Positions 41,501-52,500 of a DNA stretch of 64,000 nt are shown one piece after another. The first letter of the stretch is position 1. The number at the start of each line of letters is the position of its first letter. Origin of the DNA: Acanthaster planci (lineage: Eukaryota); the NCBI RefSeq assembly GCF_001949145.1, contig NW_019091358.1, positions 1,684,240-1,748,239 of the forward strand. The letters run 5' to 3'. The notes below the pieces were generated by a model. That model was not told where the DNA came from, made no database searches, and was given only the letters and a program-made list of their open reading frames with translations. A program made the translations under genes and the position numbers.

Positions 41501-44500
41501 AATTTAGCCCTGATGAGCCAAGTTTCCATAAAGTTATTCATTCCGTTTCAAGATTAGCCGCAATTAGTTTGGCCTGTTTTGTGTCGAAGTGCCTTGTTTG
41601 CATTGACACGGGTGCCGTAGGGATTCTTCTTGTAATTACATGTACTTCTAGGATGCCAAGATGGTTTGTGTGATTTTCTTTGAAAGTTTTTAGGGAAGAC
41701 ACTCTTGTAACCATACTTCAGTAGTTTTCAATAAACTGAAATATGAAGTTTGTATTTTGGATAAATAAAGCATAAACCAAAGGACGTGGTTATGTTATAA
41801 CAAAGTAAAATCCAACACTCATGGAAAAGAAAATGTCCACATTAAGATAGCATACTGGGGTGGTAAGATAAAACTTGTTTCATTGCAAATCCAAGAACGA
41901 GAATGCTTATACAACATTTAAAACTTAAAACAGTTTTTGTTGGATGTCATTACAAGAAAAAAAAATCACCCTACTGAATTTTGCATTTAAAACTACAATA
42001 AAATCAAGAGTGTGTGAAGGTGTAATCCCGTTTACCTGACTGTAGTTCCCATACCATCTTTCATCACCCGTTTTGGTTTCACCAGTGTTCTAGGGAATGT
42101 GGCGAGGGTATTCAGGAACGCGTGGTGCTGTGTGCTGGGGCTGATGAGCCTCACATCATCATCAATGAGGAGCAGTGTGCCATGAAGCCCAAACCCACTA
42201 ACAGACAGAGCTGCTACCTCAAGGATTGCACGGCCATGTGGTTCAACTCCGACTGGACTCAGGTAAGGGGGGATGGGATGGGAGTTGATGGATGGAGACA
42301 CAGATGGGCAGCTGTCAGTAGCGACAGATTGTCAAATGTCTGGAGCAGAAGTACTTAATGGCTGCCATTTTTTGTTTGTGTCGACCTATTGATACAGATC
42401 CATTATATTTGGAAAGGGAGGGTCGATGTCTGATCCCTTCAATGCCGGTGCATTCCATATATACAGGAGCCAAAAATGGTGTATTTTTACAAAGCATAAA
42501 CATCCCTTCAAATTTGGTAGAGATACGCAGCCTATGTACGCACACACTAGTGTCCACTGGGCATGCACGTGCTATACTGGAGTATGCACAATCTGCTTCT
42601 GTTGGAATGTAAAATTTTCACGTGTTATGGGTGCCCAGATGAAACACTCTTTACCAGCATGTTTTTTCTTGGCTTGAATGAGGGGCCTTACTTCAACACT
42701 GAATGGATTGAGTAAACTAGATTTAAGGATTCTAAAATAAGGATGCCTTGATATTACGAATGTGAAATGTGCTGTAACGGCCACTGGGTGTGTGCAGAAA
42801 GTTTTAATTTTCTCTAAATGTTCACCTGTATAGGAAAAAGAAAAATAAAGGATTTCAAGACTTAATTGAATTCCTTCTAGATCTGACACTTGTTCTTTAC
42901 CCCAAAACTGGCGGTGTGGATTGGAGGCTACGGTCATTTCTAAGATGACCAAGGGTTACAACATTTGATCTGAAGTTTGGCTTAGGCCTATTTGAAGATT
43001 TCTTACAAATGGTTTTCCCTCCAAAGAGATTTCTGGTACAGTGCTGGATGTACGTAATGCCAAGTAACACGACATGCTTAAATTGCACTGTGTATGTCTA
43101 GTACCCAAGAACATCAACAATGTGATTGGCTGGGAGATCACCAAAACAGAACAGGGTAGTAAATGGCAGAATGCTGTTACTTTTTACTGGAGATAGCAGG
43201 CCTCCTTTTGATGATTTGCAAATGGACAAAAACTACTTGTATCAGGATCTTATAGGTTTGTTTTTATGCAGTGCCACAGCAGCACTTGAATTTCTCCTGT
43301 TATGTCACTCTTACCACGTGCACTTGTTTCAGTTTTGATTATTTCTGTGAACCTGTGTAGTGCTCTCGAACATGTGGTGGTGGCCACAGAAAACGAGACG
43401 TCAAGTGTCTGGATTCCATCATGAGGTCTAGCACACAATGCAGCGAGGAGAACAGACCGTCTTCAACGCAGTCCTGCAACATCCAGCAGTGCACCACTGC
43501 CACACCATGTAGGTATCATGAACAGAGTTCAGTTGAAATCATAAATGAGTCATGTTTTTCCCCTTTCTACCCCATAAATTCGTTTTGTCAAAGTCACTGG
43601 GTGTGCCACCACAATTACCAAATTCCAGAGATACATGTACATATCAGACGTTTTGGGCAGACCTTCACAGTGTTGGAAGGGCCAATGTCTTTTGTTAGTG
43701 AAGTCTGGACTGATTTAGGAGGACAGATATTTGTTCCTGCAATATTGTCTGCCTTGCAGGTTTTACCAGTGGTTTGGGACTTCTTTTTAGTCTTAAAGCC
43801 CTTTCACATGAGTGTGGAAAACAGGAGCAAAGATTATATAGCGCCGAAGGCGCAAAATGGATAACTCTGCCCAAGAGATGTAATTACCATGGGTGCCATT
43901 TGAGCAAGCGATATGCCTGCGCAGTTTACGATAATGCTTGGGTGCAGGCTCACCAGGTGCACGTGCCTGCCGCGACGCCTGCACCAGTGTATTAATGTGC
44001 ATTGCGCAGGCGTATCGCTTGCTCAAATGGCGCCTGTGTGATTACAACGTTCTGCGTGTATTCACGGTGAAGTTTGCCATCTTACGCCGCTTGGCAGCAC
44101 TATGCAATCTTTGAACAGGAGTCACTTGTGATAAAATTACATCAGTGTTCTAGTGTTGTGTGAAAGTGTGTCTCAGTCACTTAATCATTATGGTCCCTGT
44201 GTGATCCTTGCAGGGATCTATACCCTTGGTCTTGTCATTGGTCATGTGAATGCAAAGTGTGCAATTTTTGCAAGGGTAGTGTTCGTTGAAGTCCATTACT
44301 CATGCACACCTGTGGCTTGGCTGTTGCTGTCATTCAAAATGGCGGTCCACATAAATACACTGTTCATCGTGGGGATAGTCTTGCTGCTATCTGGTACTCT
44401 GCATGCATTAGTACATTTCTTTTTTGACAGGATCAATGGAATTAGGGCCATATCTTCCAGAGTCACTTATGCCAAAAACAAATTGGACTTTACTTTCCAA

Positions 44501-45986
44501 TTAAAACATCTTGAATAAAATAGGAAAAAGAAAAGGTTTTCACAGCATTTCCAGTGATCCAGTTTGATATCTTGTGTTAATAAATTGGATGCCTAATATT
44601 ACAAAGCGCCACACCGGGCACTGGCAAAAAGGCCACTACTAACTGGCAGTGAAAATTATGCTGCTGATATGTCTATTCCTGGGTCTGATGAAAGTAAAAT
44701 GCCCAAGATGGACACAAAACTGACTTAAAAAATCTAACACAGACAGATGCATAACTAACAGGCAAAGACAATAGTGTTCATTGCTGAATTCGTACATAAA
44801 TGCTCGTGAAAACTTGCATATTCTCGTACATGGCAGGAAATTGCTGGAGCCCTATAATTCCAGAGAATATCGCAGTACGAGCAATATAAATGTAAATGCT
44901 GCAAAATGAGGAATGTTGCTTATGTGCCTTGTTGTACCATGTGAAAGCTTGCGATGAAATCGCAAGCGACCCTTGCAACAGACACTCAGTGCCAAACATT
45001 GTGGATTTGTGATTCCATCATTCATGTGGAAAGGCCTTTACATTGCCAGCACCACAAATTATGCCAGAGTTGGTCTAGCTTCTCCCTGTGTAGATTTCTT
45101 TGCAAGTTGGGCAAAAATCTGATGTCAAAAGTAGTTGCATTCATAAATTCTCTCTCATGGCAAACTTTATTGCGCATATTGCATAACAAATTCTGACACA
45201 CTGTAGAAAGTTATGCCAGTCTATGATTTGGACAACAAATTATGGCATACCTTAGGTAATCTGACGAGGCTGAACAAATTTGAATGGATGATTTTTCTTA
45301 CTAATGTTCATTGTAATGCTTAGCATTGCTTGACTAATCGAAGTTCATATTAAAAATGAAGAGGCTTGCATTAGGGTGTGTTGAAATAGTTGTTTGGTTG
45401 TGAAGGAACTTCAGAATTTGCTGACCAGTTCTGATGAAGAAAAGAATTTTTTTTTCAAAATTAAGGGCTTAGTTATTTAAAGCTGTTTTAGGACTTGTGT
45501 AAAATTGAAAAGGTACAGCCATGGTATTACTCCGATAGTCTTCAGTCTTCACCCAAGAGATCTGATCTACCTTAAACATTGTGCAGCCGTAAATCCTCTT
45601 ATGGAATCAGTAATGAGTAAATTGGGCATTTATGCCACCTATTGTTAATTTTCTGTGCAAAGATTACCCATGGTGAGGGTTATGTCAGGTTCGTAATATC
45701 AGCTCCATTTAGAAACTTGCAACTTGACTCTTAATTGACTTGTGATCAACTCCATTAAATCTTGGGGAAGGAGCAGGGTAGCACTGGTCACCACCTGACA
45801 CTAGGTGGCACTTTTTCACAGTCACTGTATTCACCAACACCTCGGATTTTCATTCTCCTTTGCTTCTCAGCGATCGACTGCCAGGACAGGTTTCAGTACT
45901 GTGAAAAGGTTGCCAAGGCCCGACTCTGCACCTACATGTACTACAGAAACAACTGCTGTTTCTCCTGTTTCAATCATCAGAGATGA
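2367..45986 (+). CDS. THSD4: THSD4/ADAMTSL6 (ADAMTSL4/6 family)-like secreted ECM protein, 5'-partial, 11 coding exons
   Basis: Exons 2367-2571, 4165-4337, 5087-5257, 6629-7814, 20637-20766, 27739-27943, 39657-39836, 41017-41190, 42086-42262, 43361-43508 and 45871-45986 splice in frame (2865 nt, GT-AG throughout). Domain order is Cys-rich end (IGCDG..DKCGVCGG), spacer, linker, 6 TSP1, PLAC (ARLCTYMYYRNNCCFSC). This is collinear with vertebrate THSD4/ADAMTSL4 as I recall them. Orthology to one vertebrate paralog is not resolved, and the 5' end lies upstream of the window. Confidence 0.88.
4165..4337 (+). CDS. THSD4: THSD4-like exon: ADAMTS spacer
   Basis: gacag|ALEGVNGNKYINMDWKIDPPGNYSVAGTFFIYKR...DGPTTEDLNLI|gtaagt, phase 1 to 0. 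Confidence 0.93.
5087..5257 (+). CDS. THSD4: THSD4-like exon: end of spacer and start of linker
   Basis: ctgcag|LISQQKNPGISYEYSVP...PQSRSQ|gtacag; donor chosen to match the phase-0 acceptor at 6629. Confidence 0.85.
6629..7814 (+). CDS. THSD4: THSD4-like exon: long low-complexity linker and start of first TSP1 repeat in window
   Basis: Polypyrimidine tract plus catag acceptor, 1186-nt open frame ending YGWIDAGLTECSASCAG|gtaagc, phase 0 to 1. Confidence 0.88.
13990..14930. mobile_element. Old CCCA-terminated (EnSpm/CACTA-like) non-autonomous element
   Basis: CCCAGACAGCAAACCG start and CGGTCTGTTGTTGGG end, with many GACGTC/AATGTCG-type subterminal motifs. Confidence 0.4.
15172..18041 (+). repeat. 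Near-identical tandem pair, 15172-16496 and 16674-18041 (probable haplotype duplication)
   Basis: Copies differ by scattered SNPs and small indels (34 nt at 17109-17142, about 11 nt near 17841). A single N at 16499 lies at the junction. Confidence 0.92.
16500..16673. mobile_element. Terminal arm of a foldback/MITE-like element with about ten 16-17 bp subterminal tandem repeats
   Basis: Unit RTGGGTCCGAGTTGGY repeated, ending GAGTTGACTCGAAACC; truncated by the N at 16499; CpG-rich. Confidence 0.6.
20084..20588 (+). pseudogene. Decayed 18S rRNA fragment (5' region, roughly V1/V2 to start of V4) inside an intron
   Basis: Collinear, mutated versions of universal 18S blocks: CAGTTATGGTTCCTT, TGGATAACTGTG, TCTGCCCT.TCAACTTTC, GAATCAGGGTT.GATTCCG, GGCTACCACAT, GCGCGCAAATTACCCACTCCCGACACGGGG, GTAATTGGAATGAGTACA, GTCTGGTGCCAGCAGCCG.G.TAATTCCAGCTCCA. 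Confidence 0.93.
20637..20766 (+). CDS. THSD4: THSD4-like exon: TSP1 repeat
   Basis: tttcag|GIQHTKVNCIEWRT...QQACNIEPCPP|gtaagc, phase 1 to 2. Confidence 0.92.
22091..23050. mobile_element. Old hAT-like non-autonomous element with GAGTC/CAAGTC subterminal motifs
   Basis: CAGTGATGTATTGG start and CCAATATCATT end; clustered gagtc/aagtc motifs at both ends; diverged internal duplication near 22775-23000. Confidence 0.45.
25041..25538. mobile_element. Non-autonomous element with two successive inverted-repeat pairs (Crypton-like layout)
   Basis: AATAAGTATGTGC (25043) / GCACATATTTATT (25169), and a perfect ATTCATAAATACCT (25185) / AGGTATTTATGAAT (25525). Confidence 0.5.
27739..27943 (+). CDS. 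THSD4: THSD4-like exon: TSP1 repeat
   Basis: atgcag|WEVTEWMECSRTCGMGRQMRQVMC...CHMDPCTAWSAGEWGE|gtaagt, phase 2 to 0. Confidence 0.94.
36030..36263 (-). mobile_element. tRNA-derived SINE remnant with Deu/Nin-like core
   Basis: On - strand: degenerate A and B boxes (GGTTGCAGTCC), TTGGGCAA, core CCAGCAGTATAAATGAGTGC and tail ATGGACTTGCATCCCAGCCAGGG...CTGAAACCAGGGA. Family resemblance is from memory. Confidence 0.55.
37727..37973. mobile_element. MITE with long TIRs and 4-bp TSD (Sola-like by TSD length)
   Basis: GGTAATTCCAGAAATCAGGGGTCCA ... TGGACTCCTAATTTCTGGAATTACC, a second inverted pair GTGTCCCTGTCACATCTGA/TCAGATGTAACAGGGACAC, and TTAT on both sides. Confidence 0.75.
39657..39836 (+). CDS. 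THSD4: THSD4-like exon: TSP1 repeat
   Basis: ccccag|CNVPCGEGRRQREVRC...CDRGPCVSNWFVSEWNDL|gtaagg, phase 0-0. Confidence 0.94.
41017..41190 (+). CDS. THSD4: THSD4-like exon: TSP1 repeat (coding frame absent from ORF track)
   Basis: ttgtag|CSAECGGGHKSRYVVC...CNSMPCGAVWLTSEWSQ|gtaagg, phase 0-0. Confidence 0.94.
42086..42262 (+). CDS. THSD4: THSD4-like exon: TSP1 repeat
   Basis: caccag|CSRECGEGIQERVVLC...CYLKDCTAMWFNSDWTQ|gtaagg, phase 0-0. Confidence 0.94.
43361..43508 (+). CDS. THSD4: THSD4-like exon: last TSP1 repeat
   Basis: gtgtag|CSRTCGGGHRKRDVKC...SCNIQQCTTATP|gtaggt, phase 0 to 1. Confidence 0.9.
43828..44113. mobile_element. hAT-type palindromic MITE
   Basis: Perfect 8-bp target-site duplication AACAGGAG (43820-43827 and 44114-44121); termini CAAAGATT...AATCTTTG; 32-bp internal inverted repeat with 2 mismatches. 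Confidence 0.85.
45871..45986 (+). CDS. THSD4: THSD4-like terminal coding exon: PLAC domain
   Basis: ttctcag|IDCQDRFQYCEKVAKARLCTYMYYRNNCCFSCFNHQR-TGA; six-Cys PLAC pattern. Confidence 0.93.
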
Positions 45987-47709
45987 TAACAACCGTCAGT
46001 ACCAAGATTTTTACAGCCTTAAAATAATTCATTTTTCCATCTGGATGCAGGTGATTTTTTTTTCAGGGAACGTTAATCCAACGTGCCTCCATAATACAGG
46101 TTAATGGAGAAAGACGGCACAAGTTGAATGTCTGCTTCCAGAGTTTTAGAAATATTAGCATGCATTTTGTAAGCTACTTCATGCAGTGATTTATGCAGAA
46201 AATTGACAAGAAATCAAACACTTTAATATACTCTTGTACTAAACCATTATTTCCCCTTACTTTTTGGTCAGTTACCTCCGTGCATATATTAACAGCGCTC
46301 ATCATGCTGTTTACAAATTAAATGTATTCTTGATTGTACGTTTCAATAGTTTAGCTGTAAAGAAATTGCCCTTTAGAGTGGTGTTGAAAGCCATTTAAAC
46401 TGTGGACGCTTAATATACTATACTGCCTCAAACTGTCTGACCTATTGTTTGCAGGGCCTCCAGAAATCACCAGAGATTCTTGGATGGAGCATTCAGTAGT
46501 ATACTGGGTGGTGTTGGGCAGTATAGAGACAATAGAGAATAAGCTGCTGAAAAACAAAAGAAGAAAACTAGTGATATTTGAATGCGTAATCTGCATGAGT
46601 TTTGCACCACCAGGGCAACTATAGAGTTTAGGAAGCCTGCGCAGATACTTAGAGATCGAAATGGGGTATGTTGCATGTTTTTTACCGAAACAGAGCAAGT
46701 TGCTTGTCAGTGAAGAAGCGACAACTGTCATTGAATAGGTTATGTAGGTCATTTGAGTTTATTTTGATGGAAGGTGGTTCATTGGTAGACAGAGGCACAA
46801 CAGGAAGGGCAAAGGTTAAGACTGTCAGACAAGATATGTAGCTATTTATTGACAGTGACGTGCTTGCTTTGTATGTTAATGTTTGCTAACAACTTACCAT
46901 AGTGGGAATATATATTTCTAGTACAGTATCTGAAATGGTTTTTTTTGTGAGGACCTCAGACAGTGACAGTTGCACCAACAGCAACATTGCCTCAACAGAA
47001 ATCACAAATAATAAATGTATACAACAACATCTGTTACGCCTTTAAGGAGGAATGTGTTTCGATATCTGGTATATTTTATAAGGTGGAAAAAAAAGTTGAT
47101 GCTGGTGCAACTCTGGCAGCACTGCTGAAAGAATGACCTTAGTACACCTCTCATTAAAAAACACTGGAGTCATGAGAAACCACATTTAATTTACTAACAA
47201 AAAATGCATAAATCATGAAAAGTAATTACAGTTTTGAAACTACTGGACTACTACAAGCAATGAAAAAAAGCCTATTTATTTGACAGGAAGAGTCCACACA
47301 ATATTATGCTTTACTCGCGTTTCTGCATATTAAACTTGTACATACATGTATTGTATTACTTGATGACAATATTAATCATGTCTTTTGAGCAAGTCTAACA
47401 AAAGAACAGATGATTTTGTTGACTGTTGAGCAATGTGACAGCTTTCTCCTAAATGAAGTGGTATTTTTATAATTGGCTTGACATGATTCCCCCAGAAGAA
47501 GTGGTTGCTATGTTTATTCCTTGAAGTATATGTGACCCATGTATACATGAAGTATAATATGGGTTGGCTATTTTTATACATGTGATAATTACTGTCCGCA
47601 GATGAATTGTAAATGTATATTTCTTGTCCCTTGTTGCCGCACCAGTTTTAATTTGTTGTGACAGTTCAAATCTTTAATGCTGTAATAATATTCATATTCA
47701 TCCACTGAA

Positions 47710-47715
47710 AATAAA
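47710..47715 (+). terminator. Candidate polyadenylation signal of the THSD4-like gene (3' UTR about 1.7 kb)
   Basis: AATAAA followed by an AT/T-rich tract at the end of a UTR-like region; another AATAAA lies near 47010. Confidence 0.45.
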
Positions 47716-48326
47716 TATTTATAGCATATTTTTAAAGACCAATGGTCTATTGGACGTCGACCTGTTCAAACCATGTGCAGTGGAAGTGTGTGGCCCCCCC
47801 CCACTTTTTGGAGGTTCTGTAACGCATAGGATGGGCCTGAATGGATGGCCTATAATTGACTGATGCCTGATGGTCTCACAACTGCCCTTCCCCCTTTGAA
47901 AATTGTTCCGCTGCTGTTAATGCCATTGCAGAAAGTGGGGATAAGTGCCAAAAAGTCAACAAGTGCAATGCCTTAATTAATGACCAATCACGTGCAGTGC
48001 CAAATTAATGAACTTAGTATTCTGATGATTCGGGCATGCAACTTTTCTTCCGATACGCTGATTTCCTCATTTTCACTTCACACTTACGCCATTGAAAATT
48101 GAAAAACACTGTACAATGTTTTGTAAAAGATGGATTATCCTGGGTTGCCCGTGCTCAGAAAATTTGTTCAAACCAACTGCAAAGCATAAGATGTTGCCAC
48201 TGTTTTCATGAAGAGCCAATATCGTGGTGGGAAATACGAATTTTTTTCTTTTGGTAATACGACAGTATTTTCACATGACATCTATCACCACAGGCAAAAT
48301 GCACCTGCGATTGTGTACTTCACATA

Positions 48327-48332
48327 TTTATT
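48327..48332 (-). terminator. Candidate polyadenylation signal of the laminin alpha gene
   Basis: TTTATT on + (AATAAA on -) about 1.07 kb downstream of the laminin stop. Confidence 0.4.
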
Positions 48333-49396
48333 ACATGTAAAGTGAGACAGGCCTTTTGAACGTACTTCGGAAAAAAATTTAATTCAAAGGAATGCAGCTC
48401 TTCCATTTCAGAATACGTGTTATCGGCATTACACAACTTGTGCATTCATTAGCTGATTTGTAACAGATTTCTACTAAGTGATAGTTCCCATTTGTCATTT
48501 ACTGAGCTTATTCTTAACAGTTTGGAATGTTTTGTGTGAGTGTTTACAGGTCGAAACCGTTGTGGCGGATCACAAAAGTAAAATGGGAACTCTGTGCTTT
48601 GACAATGTACTCAATATAGGACATTGTGGGAAGTTCTGAATACATACAGTGCGCTATCTTCAGGTTTGCAACTTAAAAATCCATCACATAAAGCAAAATT
48701 GACTGCTAATTGCTACAGCAAAATAATGAAGCACTTTGAATTTTCAGTGGGATAAAGCACCGTGAATGAAAAGTGGTGGTATAGTTTCATGCAATTTGAG
48801 CTGTCTGAACACACGTGGTGAAAAACACCTCAAATGTACAGATGCAAAACTAAACAGACAAACAAACCATTAAAGAAATCAAACTAAACAAAGCAAAAAC
48901 ATCACAACAAACCAGCACTAAAACATGATGGGAAAATCCTAACGTTACTGAAGAACATGATCTTGACATTAGTAAAATATATGGAGAGAAAATCAATTAA
49001 AAAATATTAAGAGTTACCATCACATTGTGGGCAGATTTTTAAGATGGTAACGATTAATTGGATGCTCCACAACCCTCAAAAAGTACCTAACATTTGCAGT
49101 AATCCAAAAACTGACAGAATTGTTTTTGTAAAAACAGCATTCTTGGTGCAAAGCTATGACAGAACATGAGTTCTGGCGCAAAATACATTAAAGTTATTGT
49201 GCCTGGCCTCCTGATTGAGGAACAGAGAAATAAGGAACGCAATGATTTAAAACCTTCAACACAAATTTACTAAGTATCCACTTTTTCTGTGGAGGACAAA
49301 GTAATGGAATTCAGAATATTTGATATGAATGACCCTAGTTTCCTTGAAGGGTCAAGCACCTGTCTTGGACCTAACCTTTAATAGAGCCAACCTTTC

Positions 49397-49545
49397 TTAG
49401 ACCGGGCGTGGGCAGCCTGTGGTGAAGCCCACTTTGCCCAGGTTGTCCCTGAACGGCACAGTGGCATTATTGATGAGCAGGTCCTGCATACAACCCTGGA
49501 AGGAATTGGTGGCGATTCCGCTGATCAGGGGTACGGTGGTGATAT
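49397..49545 (-). CDS. LAMA: Laminin alpha terminal coding exon: end of LG5
   Basis: catcag|ITTVPLISGIATNSFQGCMQDLLINN...VGFTTGCPRPV-TAA. Confidence 0.92.
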
Positions 49546-52500
49546 CTGATGGAATGAAAAGTGCCTATCAGATAAAGCTCACCTTCTTGCAAATGCAAAC
49601 ACAACAAAACAGAGGTCAGTGAAGGGAGAAATTTGCAATGTCAAAATCAGAAAACTCTCTAATTTCAAAGATTTCATGTTGAAATCAAAGTGCACTGCTC
49701 CTGGTTGTATGGTTAGGATTCTGCAGGAACTATATTGACCAGTCTCTCCGAATTTCACATCACATGCGGGCAAATTTTGAATATAATTTTTTTATTTTGA
49801 ATACAGTTTTGGCCAAATATCACTGAAAAATTGTAATGGATGTTCAAGTCTTAGGAGCACACATATATAGTTTCCATCATTAGGTTTCAATTCATCCTAA
49901 ATTGGGAATCCCTGTAAAATAAAGGTCCCTGTACTTTATCTCAAACGGTACCTAAACCTTGATTGCTTTCTAAACTTTCTTCACTGAGAATCAGATACGT
50001 TACTCCCTTGAAATCTGAGTTCATACACTGAACGTGATTTCACAATGCTCACAGATGCTTCCTCTGTAATGCACTCCACAATTACACAATAGATATATAG
50101 TGATCATGGTAACAGTTACAGCTTTTTTAAATGTGTATTAATTTGCCAATTAAAAAGAGATCCATGACTTCTTTGTGAAGGTGGCCAATTATTGTTTACA
50201 GACTACCTTTGCTCGCGCTTGAAATAAATGATTAAAAAACTAATGTACAATGAACAACTGGATTTATTGTTTGCCAGAGGGTCTAAGGTTCTAAATAATC
50301 ATTTAGCTCTCAACATACCAGGTATCCCACCAATATACACAGCCAACCCATTGGTGGCAGCCACGGTGGGCGTGCCTGCGTCAAAGGACACCACGTCTCT
50401 GAGATTATCATCCACGGTCAGCGCAAGAGCAGCTGTGGTGAAGGAGAAGCGGAGGAGGTGGGGCTGGTTGTTGCAGACGGCAAACTCACTGGACAGCGTG
50501 GTGGAGCGGACGATGTAGGATGACATGAACCCGTGGCTGACTATCACCCTCACCTGGTAAAAACAGGACAGACAGAGTCCATGAAATGCGGTGACCCGTT
50601 CAATGGTGCAATTTAAATGCAGGGGAGGGGGATTCGAGGGTGCACACACTTTCTTCAAGTGGGCACCATAGAAAAAAAGCTGCAACTGCATAGAAATATA
50701 ACTCAACAGAGATTTCATAAAAAATGGCACGGGGGGGGGACAGGCATCCGCTGAGGGCATGTGTGCCCTTGTAGTTAGGCCACTGCCCTGCATACGTTTA
50801 CATGTACAAAGTATTTAACATACACATGTAGTCCTGGCATATGCATTCAGAAGTTAGTACATGCACTTTGCCAGTATTTTCCTTTGCTTTGAAATCCGAA
50901 GGCTGGTTCATACTTCTGATGAATGGGAAACAAATTTGACAGGTAATGGAAATTCTTCAAGTGGAGTTCTCAAAGTCTACAAATGAGTGGGGGGAGGCAA
51001 TACCTGCTTAAGTCAGTAATTGGGGCACGAATTTGTTTAGCGAACTGTTCTTTGACTTACCAATCCATTGTAAATGTCCATTGCAATGAAGTTCTGGGCA
51101 TCTCCAGAGATGGCCAATAATAGTGCATTCTGCATGACTGTGCGTATGGTCAGCTGGATATCCAAGCTGTCACCAATGCGGAAGTTGTTCACTGACAAAA
51201 TAACACAAAGAAATAAATTAATCATTATACCTGTCAAAATAAAGAAATGTTAACAGGGGAATTAATTTGTCTCTTCATTATAAAATGTACCATAACTGCA
51301 ATGCATAAGGCCCTGTCCGAAATGGGCTTCCAGAGCTATACGGGGACGTCTACTATCTGAGCATCTTTGCATATTTCCAATGGAGTGAAGACCTAGACCT
51401 AGCTCTGGACAACAGATTTAGATGCAGCCTAAGCTGGGTTTTTTTGGGGGGGGGTTGAGGGAAGCTCAGGAGATGAAGTTTGGGTTTTTAAGGGCAAGGG
51501 GCAAATTAGGAAATAAACCAAAACAAACAGACAGCCAGCATAACAAAAATACATAGTGGAATTTGATACACAGATATAGTATTATGTCATTATTTTAGGA
51601 AATAAATTCTGAGATTCTTTTCAGTGCAGCAAACAACAGGAATGATCAGCCATTCCACCATACCTTAACCACTTAGAAATATTGAATAATGGGTAAAATG
51701 CAGGGGTGTTGTGTGTTGTAACTTGGAGGATGCCTTATCACGGAGTAATGCAATAACTCTTTGTTTAACCACTACCTGCCGGGGACTCCGGAATCGGAGA
51801 CATATGGTTTATACGCGTGGCCGGGGTCTCCGAAATCGGACAAAGGAAACAGGGCCCTGTAACCAAAGACCGTACTCCGAACAAAAGACCAGGCTGCTGG
51901 GCATTCCCGACATTTTTCACTTTCAAAAGTTGTGATTATCCAGCCTTGTTTTGAAACCGTATACCAGGGTTGGGGCATTGAGAGCCAGCGGATTACCACA
52001 GGGGACAAAAGCACTCCACCACCGCAGGATGAGCCACAGAGCACTGCTGCATGCTAATCTAGCCCCTATTGAAAAGAGGTCAGCAGTGCACTGAGCCAGG
52101 TTGGTGAACAAAAGACAGTTANNNNNNNNNNNNNNNNNNNNNNNNNNNNNNNNNNNNNNNNNNNNNNNNNNNNNNNNNNNNNNNNNNNNNNNNNNNNNNN
52201 NNNNNNNNNNNNNNNNNNNNNCGTGTGGCTATAAACGACCGTTAAATGAAATGATGAATTTTTGAAAGATTTTAAAAACGGAAAAAATGATAGTCATGCC
52301 GGCCCAGCATCATCAACATTGAAAATGCTCCGGCATGAAGTGGTTAAAACATGGCTCAAAATAAGCTTGTTGGGTTAATAGGGAGTTTATGCCAAGGTAA
52401 TGTGGCTGGGATATGAGAAAAATGGCAGACGCACTAAAACTGAACAGGACTTTGTATGGCATTTTTCACAGTTCAGCTGATTTCAGGGCAAAATTGCCTG

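Noticed and set aside
44153..44518. Hydrophobic 121-aa ORF as an alternative membrane-anchoring last exon (phase-compatible cag at 44213, AATAAA at the stop)
   Set aside because: Weak polypyrimidine tract, one-in-three chance of phase match, transposon-like motifs (CAAAATGGCGG, GGTCATGTGA), and T-rich DNA translates as hydrophobic by default. Only junction reads would rescue it.
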